DNA of 64,000 nt, taken from assembly GCA_043228905.1 (NCBI GenBank), contig JBHGNT010000010.1, positions 17,670,001 through 17,734,000 of the forward strand, written 5' to 3'. The stretch's first letter is position 1. The number at the start of each line of letters is the position of its first letter. This stretch comes from Azolla caroliniana. Taxonomy: Eukaryota > Plantae > Polypodiophyta. The notes below the pieces were generated by a model, which saw only the letters and a program-made list of their open reading frames with translations, did not search any database and was not told where the DNA came from. The position numbers and the translations under genes were made by a program. Positions 24,101 to 42,918 of the stretch are shown piece after piece.

Positions 24101-26753
24101 TCTTTCTATAAGCATTTATGTAGCGTAAAGTACAGCCTAAGTAGGTTTGCATTTTATAACAGCAGGTGTGTTATGATATTAATTTCTATTTAGAATGTGG
24201 AGATTAGGCTTTAGGGATTTAGAGGTCTGTTAATGAAACAAACATTGTTAATTTTCTTAGTTTTTCCAATCAATGAATAACTTTGCAAAAACACTGGACA
24301 AGAATTCATTTTAGGGAAAAGTACTAGGATACCCCTGGAAGTTTGTCTATTTACCAGAATGCCCCTGGAAGTTCCAAATTTACCAAACTATCCCTATGTC
24401 CAAAAAATTACACTTTATAAAGTAATTATACACTCAAATCTACAAGCCCTATTTACCAAAGATGAAAGAAATGAACCCGAACTAGCCCTATTTACCAAAG
24501 ATTTGAGTGTATAATTACTTTATAAAGTGTAAATTTTTGAACATAGGGGTAGTTTGGTAAATTTGGAACTTCCAGGGGCATTCTGGTAAATAGACGAACC
24601 TCCAGGGGTATCATGGTACTTTTCCCTTCATTTTATCATAACATTCTATTATTATCTTTTCTTGGTGCAATTGAAGATGTTATCAATTTCTATTTGGAAC
24701 GTTGGGATTAGGCTTTACGGATTTAGAGGACTGTTACTGAAACAACAAAATTAAAATTTCTGTCTTCCACATCTCTTTACCTAAATGATGCAGTTCAATA
24801 ACAACCAACAGTAATCAGTGAAGTGTTATTGGCTGCATGGCTAGAATACATGGAGGTTTATCTCATCATTTGCAGATCTTATAATTGAGATTACCTATCC
24901 ACATTTTCATGTCTGTATAATCTCTTAGCACGCTTTATCTCTTATCACCAAAAATCTTTGTTGATTGCTCATCAATCAAATCAAAGAAATGATTGCATAC
25001 TCAGTACTGAAATCAATGCTAATGAAAAGGTAGCATAGTGGATGCTCCATAAGTTCTGACTGAATGAGTTTCATATGGATGCACTGGAAAAAACATCAAA
25101 TGTCATAACATATGCATGTAAGAATTGTGTTTTATATTATTGTGATCCCTTGGAATTCATAAGCCATCCAGAATGTGGTCTAAGGCAAATTAAGAACTTG
25201 TTGAGGCTGGACTCTGTTATGTATTATTATTATTATTTAATCTCGATGAAGCTTTCAATCTAAAATTTTATCCCTTTGCAGTTGATGGTTGCAACAACAT
25301 TAGTTCTCCTATGTACTAAGCCGCTTCATGTCCCGTGGGCTGTGTCAATCCCCTGGTTGATTCCATTGCCATCAACAGCAATTATTGGGAGAGAGGTGGG
25401 GATCTTATTAACCATCTCCATATTTATCCGCCGTCAAATGGCACTAGTTTTTTTTCATGATGAAAAATAAGAATGTCTATTATCTTTTTTCCATGTTTAC
25501 TACCATGCAATGATTGCAATCATATAACAATTGTACCTTTCTCTCTCCTCATATACTGTGCAATGGTTTCTATCACCTTGACTTGGAATTTTCCTTTACT
25601 CTCCCACTTTCTCCTTCTCTCCCATGTAATGTCTTGCTATCCTTTACTGATTTCTCTTTGTAAGTTTGTACATATACTTTAGAAGCATACTTAGGCATAC
25701 ACTCACATCATCTATTTTATTCTTCTCATAGAACAGGGAACATTTTCAGTTGTAATCTCTTTTTCAGTTTCAAGATACTTCAGTATTTTAGAGATCTCTC
25801 TGTCTTTTTTCTATCTCCTCTCTAACTGTAACCCATGTGTGAAGTTTTGTTTAAGCTTGTTTTAAATCGAGACGACCTATGTTGATTTATGGATCTTTGC
25901 TTTTAGATCACTATGTCAGCTGTTCGTGAATGGGCCGCAAGTCAAGGCGGGGAGTTGCAAGCTGTAAGTAAGTCCAGCACTGATGTGATGTTTCTTTTGA
26001 TTATTTTCAAAATAATACATTTTTTTGACCTTCCACCATCATTGTAGGCTGTTGCTGTGAATAATCTAGGTAAATGGAAAACTGCATCTCAATTGGTGGC
26101 CCTTACAGCCCTCCTTACTACCAGAAGTCTTAGCAGGTATGGAGAGTTTATGTTTTACTCTTGAATGATATATAATGATTACTTTTTGAGAGGTGAAGAG
26201 TAGAGTTTTCTTGATATCTGGTTCTTGAATGGATGAGAACTCCAGTGATTGTTAATTCACCCCCTTTTCTTGGAAAGATACATGAAATAATGAAGATGTG
26301 TTTCAATACTTCCATTTTGTTTCGTTGTTAAAGGATTAAGAAATGTAATATCTACTCTTATTTATTAATTGATATTTGATATAATAGATGTACATTTCTT
26401 ATTACTAGAATAAAATTTTAATTCAAAGCAAAACTACATTTTTGCTTGAATAATGAGAATCAATATACATCACACAAGATATTAAGAATCACTAAAAGCT
26501 TTTCAGGTAAGTGTTAAATTAGAAAATAGAGATTTCACGAATTAATGATCACTGATGAGTGTTGAAAAAGACAATTTGAGACACCTGTATTACCTTCTTT
26601 GTCTAATTCATCATTTCTTCCCTTCCCAGTGAGGCTGGAATGGCTTATTTGCTTGTAGGAACTGGTGTTACATTACTTTACCTCTCAGCTGGATTGGCAC
26701 TTTGGTCATTGGCCATGTATATGCGAGGAATTTGGGGATCATTGATCAAGTGA
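21104..26753 (+). CDS. PGPS: CDP-diacylglycerol--glycerol-3-phosphate 3-phosphatidyltransferase (PGP synthase), 7 exons
   Basis: Exons 21104-21209, 23834-23931, 24004-24054, 25282-25395, 25907-25963, 26048-26136 and 26630-26753. Motifs LTLPTLLTLTRVAAIP, the CDP-alcohol phosphotransferase signature [45 protein letters not shown] and NNLGKWKTASQ. Confidence 0.95.
21469..22000. repeat. Two adjacent tandem duplications in PGPS intron 1 (96-bp and about 165-bp periods)
   Basis: TAGATGTTCAATGTTCGATTTTGG... at 21469 and 21565; GTGTAC(A/G)ATCCCT(A/G)GGGTTTTTGGACTTATATAA... at about 21673 and 21837. Confidence 0.85.
24314..24626. mobile_element. Mutator-type MITE (313 bp) in PGPS intron 3
   Basis: Long near-perfect TIRs of about 125 bp (GGGAAAAGTAC...GTACTTTTCCC) and a perfect 9-bp TSD TTCATTTTA at 24305-24313 and 24627-24635. 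Confidence 0.92.
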
Positions 26754-28599
26754 ATGAGAGAAGATTAAAGCTCTCTTGAGAACTATGTTCATATTATCTT
26801 GATGTTAACCCAAAATTTCTCTTACTACAATGCATACTCACAAAAGGTATCAAGAGCGACTCTCCCTTATGACAACTATGTTATTGCTCATGCATTTTGT
26901 ATTAATTCTGGAGTACATAGTTGGTCAAGTAACTATGAAGAAAATAGATAATGATCAATTTGTGTCCAGAAATGCCACCTCAGGCATAATATATATAGGT
27001 CGGGCCATGTCTTAATACATCATTTTATCTTTAATAAATATCCCACCTTACTTTGCTATGGAATTATTGAAGACATGGAAGATAATTATATGTATATATA
27101 CATTCTGTGCTGTCGCAAATTCAATGTTTGCTTTGGAAACTGACAAGTTAAAGAATTTTTGGAAGAGCTGGTAGGAAGTAAGATAGGTGCACGCGTAATG
27201 TATCTTGCATGTGTTTTAAGAGTAAAACAAATGTCTCTTTTAACAAAATTAAAATATAAAGTGATTGTGTAGTATGTAAGATTTTTAATAGTCCCACTTC
27301 ATCTTGATTGTTGCATCAAAGACTGAGAGATGAAAAAAAGTGTTTAGATTTTGTCATGGTGATTGTGTATTGTCTTGTCTCTTGTGGTCAAATTGTGTGA
27401 TATCGTGAATCAGTAAGTAGTGTACATTTCTGTGTTCATGCAAAACTTGTGTTATTATCAAATGCTTTAGAAATATGCCCATGTTGAGTCCATTACCATT
27501 TCTTCCCAAGCATGATCTATATTAAAACTTTTGTAGAGACGAAGTGACATCTTAATCCAACAATCTTTGATAACCATGGACCACGGTCTTTCTAAACATG
27601 AAAACCAATGGATAAAGGAATATGTGTAAATAAATGTTCTCACTTGGAAAATGATGTGAGAAAATATTGATAATTGAACACAAAATAGATCATGAAATCA
27701 TTGGCTTCAAGATAATGTGAACTGAAGAAATTACTTTGCCATTACTCATAGGAAAGCTTGTAGGGTTTCTTCATGCTCCCTTTTAGTGCGATTGCTTGTA
27801 GCATTTGAGATTTACTAGTAGATGTGATAATTTTATGCATTTGTGTCTTAATAGTAAACTTATACATATTACATTTGGCATAGTTGGTAATATATGAAGA
27901 TATAGCATCACTTTAGATATTGACAATTTTCAATAGAATTTATATAATCTTGTCTCACATGGCATCCTCATCAATGGTCAAGAAGGTGCGAAAAACTAGT
28001 TTCAGTGTTCAAAGAGGTGGAAGCAATGGAAGGTCTTTGAGAGTGGAAAGCCGCATGATGGGATGTCAATATGTAGAATTTATGCTTCATTGTGGGATGC
28101 ACAAAATAATGCACTTTTGTAAATGGTACACATCATGGTTGGAATGGAACATGTCATTGCCTTAGAAGGAATGTTAATTGAACTTGTCCCTGTAGCAAAA
28201 CTATACGAGGCATTCCATGACAAGAGGCCAATCACAATCACATTTGCCATTTAGGACCTAGTGCCCAAAATGAATAGCCAATATAATTAAAGAGCCACTA
28301 CTCAAAGGAGTTCAAATGAACTAGTATGGGCTTATACCTTGTAGACACATCATTAATAATATTGCAAATGTATACATTGGAATGGAATATGCAAACTATG
28401 ATGACCAAGATATACTCATTATGCAAATTGATATAGAAAAAACATTTGACGCCATAGAATAGAACTTGGTAACATAGATGAGATTTGGGATTTTGACAAA
28501 AGATGACGAAGGCACCAAGAAATTTCAATACTACATATTCTTGACGGATACTTGACAAATTCATGGACGTTATTCAAGCTAGTAGGGCTTATCCACCAA

Positions 28600-28950
28600 G
28601 TGTACTAAAATGTACCCAGATATGCACAAATGCATGAAATCAAATTTTATTTGAGCTTGGACCATTATCCTTTGGGATGTAGTGTACAATGGCAGTATTG
28701 TATGATCTCCATTTGCTAGAAAGTTGATTCAAAATTGTAAGAAAGTCACACAACATATGAGCCACCACACATGTACATCCAATTTTCTTACTGTATAAGA
28801 TTTTGGGGATTGTGAACTATGTGGATATCACGTAACTATGTTGTACATGAATTCTTCTTCTTCAATCAGTCTAATTGGCAATCATTGCATTATTGTCTCA
28901 ACCCCATGATATTTCCCTCAGCAATGTACAAATATTCCTTGAGTGCTTCT
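28600..28950 (-). mobile_element. Possible highly decayed hAT transposase fragment
   Basis: Minus-strand remnants KIGCTCVVAHMLCDFL (resembles the hAT CxxH motif) and an upstream DNN-like segment; many stops. Confidence 0.25.
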
Positions 28951-29478
28951 AAGCACAACGTCGTACATTAGTAATTTTTGTTGGTTTTCACTTCACCGTG
29001 AGGTTCACATAAAAAATATAAAGCATGACTAAATAGACGAATTTGTTAATAATGACTAGTATTCTGATCTTACAATGATATCCTATTCATGATGATAAAA
29101 CTAAAATATTCTAGGAGTAAATGTCTAAGAATGGACACAAGAAAGATCTCTCAACATAGCGTGAGAGCTAGAATATTTTCTTATTTAAGTGAAAGTCACA
29201 AAGAAGTTGAATGTATAATGGTAAATGAAATTGAGATATTGAAGATGTTTATGAATAGAGGTTCACAAAGTTGTGTGATGCATTGCATACGATGTTTGTT
29301 CAGAAATCCTAGGTTTAGATGTGAAAGTAAGAATTAATGTTCGCTTATGACATAAGGTGGTGTGCTTTGTGTCCCACCCAAATCTTGGAAAATGAGGCAC
29401 TCAAAGAAATAAAATATAAAAGTGTCAAGTGAGTTGAGGGTTCAATAGACAGTCTAGAATTAAAAAACTAGTGGTCAC

Positions 29479-29523
<45 letters not shown>

Positions 29524-31350
29524 AAAGTTAGCCAAGGTGTGGATTGCAAGAGATGTAACTTGCCAATGATGTTTCTTTTTTCTTCTGGGAGTGGGATGGG
29601 TGGTTTAAATGCCTCAATCGACAAATTAGTTCTAGTTGCTTTACTAGTTGCACACTATAAAAGAAATCGATGAAAACATTGGATTTTGAATCCTAAGTTT
29701 ATTTCAAACGCACCAATATGATGCAATCCAGTACTTTTGCTTGCCATAGTATGTAATGCCTCTCCTTTCTTTATTTATGTTTGGGAGAAATGCACAAAAT
29801 ACCGCTAACATTGTTGGGCATTTTTCCATAGTATCCCAAGTTCTCAAATATTGCCTAATGGTGTTATTTATGGAAACTTAGGGGTACTCTAGTGAGTGTT
29901 TTTCCCTTTATTTGGTTGTAAAATATGTGTACCTAGCCCCATAGGTTACATTCAACTATCTATTTCCAAGGAAGAAAATAAAAAATATCTTATATCAATA
30001 ATATTTGTATCTATCTCTTTTTGTATTAGGGCTTTCCTCTAGGTGATATGTCATGTTCTATCATTTTCTTTGTATATTAGGGTTGTATCCTAATGGTAAG
30101 CTCACTAATTTCGTCTAAATTAGTAGATGTCACAATGGAATGTTGGAGTTGAATACAAGACGTATTTCTCTCTTTCACCTTTGAAGCATAAATTGCATGA
30201 ATTCGAACCCACCCATTTGGAATGAACTCTAGAACTCATTGAATGGATAACTTAATTTGAGGATGGCCTACACTTGGAGTGGGTTGGGTAATAACGTTGA
30301 GTTCTGCGTGATGTAATGTAATATATGTACAACCATATAGTGGCCTTAGGACGGTAGTTATGGTAACTAATTTAGGTTGAAATATTGGATGGGTTGGGTA
30401 ATAACCTAGAATTTAGTGAGATGCTTTTATGTTCAAACCTCATTTTGGTTTTGGCTCAAAATAAAGACAATTTTTTAATCTTCATTAATTGTATATGCAT
30501 TGAACCATAAACAAAACATGGAATAACAATTTAAGGAATAACGTGAATCATTCATTGCCTTCGCCTTCATGCATTAACTGTAAGAGACCTTAGACATTGG
30601 GTCCTATTGGGATATACAATATAAATGTATAATTTATAAACATGATGATGTTGCAAAGGTTTGTGCTTTCCAACCTTAAGATATTGGATTCAAATCTCAA
30701 TAATGGGTTTGATGTTGTGTTCATAATTTCGGCTATGACTTTACAACATTTATAATGCCGTTTTTTTCTCTAAAACGATAACATTACCATCTTCTCCATA
30801 ATCAATGGGAATGAAAACAATGATATTGTCATGCATGATGGGCTATTATTTATCCAATGCTTAAAATCAAATCAAATTGGTTTGAACAATGTTCTTGATG
30901 AAATTAAGTTGAAGTCATTAAATTATAAATGCGACCACAATATCATCTGTGCACTTTAGATGCTCTCAATCCAACCTTTCAAGTCTTGAATTATATTTCA
31001 TGAAAACATCATATTTACACTATAGTTCATTGTTTGGATTTGAGGTCACAAAAAGTTTATTAACACCTTGGTAGTAAATCATGTAATATCATTGGTTGAT
31101 GAATATACTAAGCTTATTATCTCCTCAAGTTGATGTTAGGTAAACAACCAAGTGGATCTACACCAAATTTGACCTTACATCCTAATCCTCAACACTTTTG
31201 GAGGTGTCAATTTCCTTTCCTTTAAGTTCACATCAAAGTATTGATCACACTCTTTTATGAATGAGCACTTTTACAACCCTATGACATCCTTGTTTACTTT
31301 CCCGTTAAGTTTAAATATATATTAAGTTTGGTTTTTCCAAATTGGTAGGC

Positions 31351-33240
31351 ATGAATCTAGTGGTTCGGTTGTTGGTGGTGACTTTGATACTAGGGACACA
31401 ATTGGAGTTAGGTGGAACATGTGAAACATCATTAAAATTAAATGGTAGGAGATTGTCCTTCGTAAAATGCTTGGATTTGGGAGCACAAGGAGCTTCATTA
31501 GCATGGAGACTAACATATCAAAACAAAAATGAGGTTGAGCTAGAGGTGGCATTCTCTGGGGTTGCACCGATGCATGAGGGTTGGGTTGGGTGGGGTTTGA
31601 ATCCCAACATTGGTGCACCACAAATGGTGGGTTCTAGTGTGTTTGTGGCATTCCATGCTACAAATGGTAGCACACTTCTCCCCTATCGATTGACAACATC
31701 AACTATGGGTGGTACTCCCCTAACTTGCTCTACTATTGACTATGTTGTTAAAGACACTGCCCTCCAAATTACCAACAAATCCATGGTCATGTTTGTTCAA
31801 TTATCTCTTAATGCTTCTCAAACACAACAACTCGACGCCATGAATCATGTGTGGAATCGTGGACCTTCTGTCACCCATTTTCGACCTGCACCTCATGCAA
31901 CCCAACCTAACGATCTAAAGACTGTTGCCCAAATCAACATGACTTCAGGCTATCCTACATCATCGTCAATTTCAAGCACAAAGGGTAACCTCTTAAAGGT
32001 AAAGTCAAACCATGTTTTTTCTCCATCTAGTGGATACATGTACACATCACAATGTGTGTTATGCATTGCATGCACATTTCACTTCCATTAGTTTCTTCCA
32101 CATGTGTGATGTTAGTATTTGTTTTGTATCAAAGTTCACATGTATTTGAGTGCAATGTGATCTATACGCATGTTGTCATGGGTGATATACATACATCATA
32201 AATATGCTTGACTTCTCCAATTTTCTTATAAATGTGTGTAAATGTTATGATCTGCATGCATTCATGAGTGTGTGTGTGTGTGTGTGTGCGTGCGCGCATA
32301 TATGTGTGTTATCTTGATTCATGAGTTATTGCATATTAGCCAAGAACATAGGAAGCAACACATTATGATATTTGTTCTCTTGGTATTGCTATAGCATGTT
32401 GTACATATATTTCATGTCAGCAAAGAAATTTGAATCCACTCATACTCATTTCTAATAGGCATTTTGTTTTTTATGTTCTCTTCACTTCTCTCTATTAATG
32501 ATCATGTCAAACATAATTGCAGACCCATGCAATTCTAAACACCATTTCATGGGGAATCTTTCTTCCATCAGGTGTTATGTTTGCACGTTACTTCAAATTG
32601 TTCTCAACTGCCTTTTGGTTCTACCTCCACATTTCCTTGCAATGTATAGGATATGTGTTAGGAGTTTCAGGGTGGGCTACTGGTCTCACCCTAGACAGCG
32701 AGTCTAACGAATCCGTGCTTCAAAAACATAGGAACATTGGAATGGTGCTTTTCGTATTCTCAACATTACAAGTAATGTGTGTGTACCATCACAATCCATA
32801 CACCAAAAAAATAAAATATAAAAGGAACAATCAAATAGTTGAACCTTATTGTATATCATATTTTGATCGATTTTCTTGTGGTGCATTGGTGTGTTTGCTT
32901 GCAGGTCATGGCACTCGTGTTGAGGCCAAATAAAGAACATAAATCAAGAATCTATTGGAATATTTATCATCATAGTATTGGCTATTTAGTGGTGGTTCTC
33001 GGAATACTCAATGTTTTTGTCGGCTTCTCTATTATGATCCCCAAAACACTTTGGAGTTATACATACATATATGGGATTGTTATACTAGGAGTCCTTTCCC
33101 TACTAATGGAAGTCCTAACATGGATTATCTTCTTCAAAAATCGAAATCAACAACAAAGATTTGACATTACGATTTTTACACACACAAAACCATCTTTTAG
33201 TTCAACAAGTCCATTTGAGCATATTCTTAGGGTATGGTAA
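31351..33240 (+). CDS. Cytochrome b561 and DOMON domain-containing protein (CYBDOM), 3 exons
   Basis: Exons 31351-31998, 32523-32771 and 32905-33240. Signal peptide; DOMON motifs GWVGWGLNP...MVGS and NHVWNRGP...PAPH; b561 His motifs THAILNTISWG, WFYLHISLQ, HRNIG and YWNIYHHSIGY. Confidence 0.94.
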
Positions 33241-34229
33241 CCATAGGCTACCTTAAAAGATTAGGATAACTTCTTACATTTTGTTAAAAAGGGGAAAACG
33301 TCAATGCTAACTCTTATTGTTTTAATATGAATAGTGAAATTTTAACATTTACAAGGGTAGAGTTTATATTACCCAATTTACAAGGTTTCTTTTTTGGTAT
33401 TAGGGAAATTGTTTATCTAGAACATGGTAAATTGTGAGGAAAGGTGTGCATTATGAAAGAAGGTATATTAATGTGATATATTAATGTGGTAACCCATGAT
33501 GAAAGGTGTGCATCATGAGAGACAATCTATTTGTTTCTTGAAATGTTGCAATAAACTCAATTTAGATATGCTTGCTTGTTAGGTGATGCGGTAAGAATTC
33601 TAGTGCTTTAGTTTTCTCACGCAAAACTTGGCAAAGCCAAATCGGATTCAGCTTTGTTAAAAGACATCGTGTTGTGAATAAATAAATGCAAGTTATTTTT
33701 GTATTTTAGGGTTGAATTTCAATTTGGAAAATTTGTTTTTCATACATCGAATTATGATGTAGCATTAACATTCATGGGAGACCAATACAACATGTAAATT
33801 ATAGTTTAGACCATGGCAATGATTGAACTTAGGATGATAACATTGATTCTACGGTGGACGCATATTGTGTACGGAGCTGATTAGTGACTTTCAATGTTCA
33901 CAATATTTACTAGTGGAAGTTGCGAATAGAGTGACAGTGTGAATGCAAGAGAAATGTGCGTAGATTGAGGTTTAAGTTTAAAATATGGAGAAAGTAAACT
34001 TGAGTGTGATCAAAGATATATTGTGGTATAGTGTGATATTCACACTCCACCACAACTAGTTTAGGGCAAACTACATAGTCAATGAGTCACCTTGTCTCGC
34101 ATTAAAGAGAATGTGATCTAAGTCGTTGGGCAACAATGGTACTCAAGACTCGATACCACATGAACAAAATGCAATGATCTAGATTGGTTCATGTTTCAAA
34201 ATATGGACACCTTTAGAAAAGCCTCCTAC

Positions 34230-35856
34230 TCTATATCCCAAATCATCCATGTCAGACAAAAATCTTGTCAGAATCCCATGATTGCACAAAGGTCGAGGAC
34301 TTCTACACCGTAAAAACTATTGAGCTAGCATTACAAAATTATTGGTGGCCACATTTATGGAATCTAGCCAAGGAATTTATCAAACTTTTTGATACACGTG
34401 CCTCCACCAAATTCCTCAATCATTACCCTTATGGTCTTCTACACCCCCTTTCAATTCCAATCTAACCTTGGGTTTTGATGGTATCAAATATGCACCTTGA
34501 ATGTAGCACATCGTCAACAATATGACTTTGTTATGGTAGCCACTAATTGGTTACAGTGGTGCTAGTTTTATTTTGTGACCTAAATCCACCTCTTATATAG
34601 AATTGGTGGATCTAATACACACAAATATTGTTAAACTATAAAAGCTCCCAAATCATGGTCTAGAATTCATTCCACCTTTCTAGAATTGCATGTGTTTCAA
34701 TTCCTCAAGATCTCAACCAAGTTTTCAGCAATATGTCACCTTTAGACTAATGGTCATATCCTCAAGAAATATGTATGGTGTATGGTAAGGTATCATCAAG
34801 CTGAAGATTCAATTCTTACCACTACCCAAGTTTTCCTACATGAATACAATATATTCCTCAACCAATATGAGTCCATTCTTTGTTAATTACAATTTCCATC
34901 CACATTTCAATGCCAGATGTAACCTCTAGTTTTGTAAACCCTTCCATGGAAGAATGTGTACGTACACACAAAAGGCATTCATCATCGCTTGATCATCATG
35001 CTTACTCACACCCAATGAAGACATAAGGATCAAGCTAAATAGCATTGAACCACTACGATGCAATATTTGGATGACCCATTGCACTTAACTAAACCACAAG
35101 AGGTTGAGTCTCTTCCGCATCATGAAGCAAATAAACCCAATGGCTTTTTTACTCCGGTCTCCACACGCTTCCAAATCCGCAATGTATTCCACATTATGCT
35201 TGCAAGACCTTATCACACATCCTTGAGTTCTTATTAAAAATGTGCACAATCACCATTGATCAAATTCAAGGACAAAAATGAGTACAAAATCACGGAAATG
35301 ACCAATTCGACAAAGACACGATAGAAACTCTAGATTCTAGATTTGTGGCAAGGCTACACATTGTCTAAAGCCACTTGGGAATGGATCGACTACCTCGTGC
35401 AAGATATGGTTTAGGAGTACTCTCTTCGTTATCTTCAGAAACATGCATCTCTTAGAAGTCGGGGATAGAGGAGGAGATGTTGCCACAACCACCAATGAAC
35501 TAAGAGTAGTACATGTGTATGGGTAATATAGATATTGTAGGGATACTATAAGGGCTAGAACAGGATTGTGAGAGTTTGTGGAAATTTGATAATTGTGTGA
35601 TTGTGAGATGGCATGGATTTACATGCTGGTCCCCTCATTCATGTCCAAGAGATCAACATCACTCATTAGATGTAATCATAACCTTTGTCTTGAATCTTCT
35701 CTCTTCCTCTTGTCGATTCTCTCGCTTAACTCTCTCTTCTTGTTGCTCATCTCTCATAGCCTCACATTTGCCCGAATGCCTCGTCTGTTTTGCCTTATAT
35801 ATATTTGCTTTCTCAACATCCATGAAAAATGTTGGAATTGTCTTTATGTAATCACA
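34230..35856 (+). mobile_element. Decayed Ty3/Gypsy chromovirus 3' half (integrase, chromodomain, PPT, probable 3' LTR)
   Basis: KTIELALQNYWWPHLW...HYPYGLLHPLSIPI*PW is an integrase zinc-binding region. Chromodomain remnant EYKITE...LWQGY...ATWE near 35280-35400. Purine tract GGGGATAGAGGAGGAGA at 35461-35477, followed by TG...CA about 35478-35856. Confidence 0.7.
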
Positions 35857-38150
35857 ATAACTAATAACTACAAGTCAATGGCTTCAACAAACCAACTGGA
35901 TTGTGTGTGTGTGAGTGAGTGAGTGAGTGTGTGTGTTTTGAAGGGTTTAAGGCTTAGACCATTTGCTCAAGCGACAAATATTTAAATAATTGAAATTGAC
36001 CAAGCAATAAGTGACCATTTAATAACCAATTAAAGTTAGGAAACCCAATTGGAATGTGCTATCCCATGAGCTCTAAATTTGAGCAGGTTGACATATTGAA
36101 GGACCCAATTTCATCCCAATTTGCATATAATTAGCTATAGGTAATAGACAAGTTTTTGTATTCAAAATTGAGATTGTTTCCACAATATGTGTAGGACTAA
36201 TTTCAAAAAGACCAAAAAGTGCCAACCAAAGTAAATGTGAGGACTACACCATCCTTAGATTCCAAAGCAAAGGATTGTATGTCTGTGTCAACAAATAGCT
36301 CTGCATTTGTCTCTTTGAGTTCTTTCTGTTGCGTGGTATAACTAACGTCAACATAATAATGTGTTCTAGTATAATCCAGAAGAAAAATGATTATTTTGAA
36401 AGAACAAAACTTCCTTACAAAACATGAGAGAGATGTTAGTGACATTTGATTGTCGCATTGTCTATAACCTAGGCTGGTTTTATAGCTAAAGTTTGGGAAA
36501 ATAATTGGCACATGTACATGTCATAACTCTAAAATATTGTTGCACCAATCCAATGTTTCTTGGAATCATATGCAAATGAAATACTATGGGGTATTATATA
36601 TGCATCCAACTCCTAACAATGGTGAACCCTGAGAACTTAAATTACAAATAAAATTATTTTCAATTTCGTATTTGCAGCAATTTTGTAGTGAGCACTTCAA
36701 TGAGCAATCAAAATCAAATATTTCGCTTTTATCTCATTTCAGCCACTCGACTTACAAGTAGAGTGGAGCATATGTCACACCAAATATCTCAATGATACCA
36801 AGAACGATAAAATGTGAAGGACACAACTGGTGACAGATATCATCGTGATGATAATTGTGTCGACCAATGTTGATGAGTCATATATGGCCCATCACGTTAA
36901 ATAAATTTCGCACTAGCCATCAAAGTGTATGGTTCAATGAATTGAATGGACAATGAGACATTAAGTCATGGTCCATAGCCGCATGTGGGCCGTGCATGCA
37001 TGCAAGTTGTTCCTTTTTTCACTTTTCTCTAACTTACAAAGGTGTATCATGATATAGTACAAGACGTAAGATCATGTGCATTCCTACAAAACAAAATCTC
37101 ATAAATTTCATTAAGCATGTGACTTTTTTACATGCATGTAGAATGCTTCAATTGTTCTTGTTTAAAACTTTGAGAGAAAATAAAAGAAAGAGGAGATTTA
37201 TCTAAACCTTTAAAGGTCGTGTGGTCATGTCCAACCAATTAAAGCGTTACAAATATACTGATGCAACAGTCCCTCGACACTTATCTCGAAAGGTGTATGT
37301 ATCCTTATCCAAGTATGATGTCAAGGATTGTACAATGGTGGTCCTATCCATAATTACATGACACGCCCATAATTGCGTCTTCAAATTATTTTTCGTTAGA
37401 AAAGAAAGATTACGCTCATGTCCAAGTGCGAAACCAATGGTTTTGTGGCATCTTTCAAGAAATGAAAGCATTGACAAAACAATAGTGAATTCCTGTCTTC
37501 AAATTCTCCGTCCAAGTTCCAACCAACAAGGCAACAACCAAGTGTCAAAAGGTGCAAACCCATCATTGTTGTGATGAATAAATCTGTGGGTGTTTAAAGA
37601 CAATAAATAGGAAACTAATGACAACCATGTAAAGCAACATCGTTGCCAATACAAGTTGAGCATGTACGTTATGAATTGAAAGAATTCTAACTAACATGAA
37701 TACGCGGAATTGAAAAGTAAATTCACGCAAAATAAATAAAAAAACTTCACTACAGTATAAAGGCAAGATTACGTGGGCATAGCTAGGCCTAACCAAATAA
37801 CAAGATGACATATTTGGAGGGGAAGGCCGCATCATCACTTGGGTGGGACGCATAATGAACTAGGAAATTGTAAACATAATGATGGTAGTGAAAAAGTTTT
37901 TGCTTTGCAACTTTAAGAAAGTGGTTTCACGTCTAAACCAAATAGGTGCTCTTTGTAAAAATAAACTGGTTATATGTAAGCGTACTGATAGTTTGCCCCT
38001 AAAACCGTACCTTTATCAATGTCTCAGTCACCTAAGGTTTTGAAACAGTATACCATTATTAGCTTAGGGGCAAGCAACGATTGCCATTGCGAGCTATCTA
38101 TGAGCAATGTACAAGGCAACTGAAATAAAAAGATTTGTAACAAATGTGAA

Positions 38151-38366
38151 ATGAAGATAGGGACCCTCTACTCGGATCAAGATTTTGTCCAAGTTCGGCG
38201 AGGTCTCGAAACGATGAGAGGGAAGAATGTGGATAAGATTTATTTGCTCATAGGGAGGACAACTAACGGATGGTTGCAAGGCTACGAAGACGGGAGATAT
38301 ATGTTGCGCACGGACCAGATAGAGGCAGCCCACGAAAGGAACGCAATAAAGCGGGATTTTGATTGA
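38151..38366 (+). other. Orphan coding-like segment (possible terminal exon of a decayed gene)
   Basis: 71-codon open frame with protein-like composition (TLYSDQDFVQVRRGLETMRGKNVDKIYLLIGRTTNGWLQGYEDGRY), more GC-rich than its flanks. Family not recognised. Confidence 0.3.
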
Positions 38367-38831
38367 CTAATTGATTGATTGATTGATTGATTGGCTACAA
38401 AATGTTTGGTTGTTGGTGAGGAACTAAGTGAAAGAAGAAGCTTAAATCTTAAATTATTTATGAAGGTGGGTGTTTTGTTTGTTAGGTCCAATAAAAAACA
38501 AATCTCGTTTGCAAAGAAAAAGCAAAAAGCAAAAGGCAAATAAGCAGCTCAATTTTATGGAAGGCATTTTATTTTTTTTAAACAGACTGACAATAATAAG
38601 TAATTAACGATCATTTTTTGGGGTCTTTTGTACATATACTGTATACATATATGTACATAGCAAAATAAATAAATAAGAGAGAGAGAGAGATAGAGAGAGA
38701 AGAGAAAAACAAATTTCTCGATATAAAATATGGATAACAAAAAACATTTACATACAAAGCAAAAGCAAAAAGCGAGAAGACTCTCTCTCTCTCTTGCTTT
38801 TTTTTCTCTCTCTTTCTCTCTCTCTCTTCAT

Positions 38832-42918
<4,087 letters not shown>

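Noticed and set aside
29783-29906. Small GGG...CCC-ended MITE candidate
   Set aside because: TIR match is weak and the flanks (TTTATGTTT/TTTATTTGG) do not form a clean TSD.
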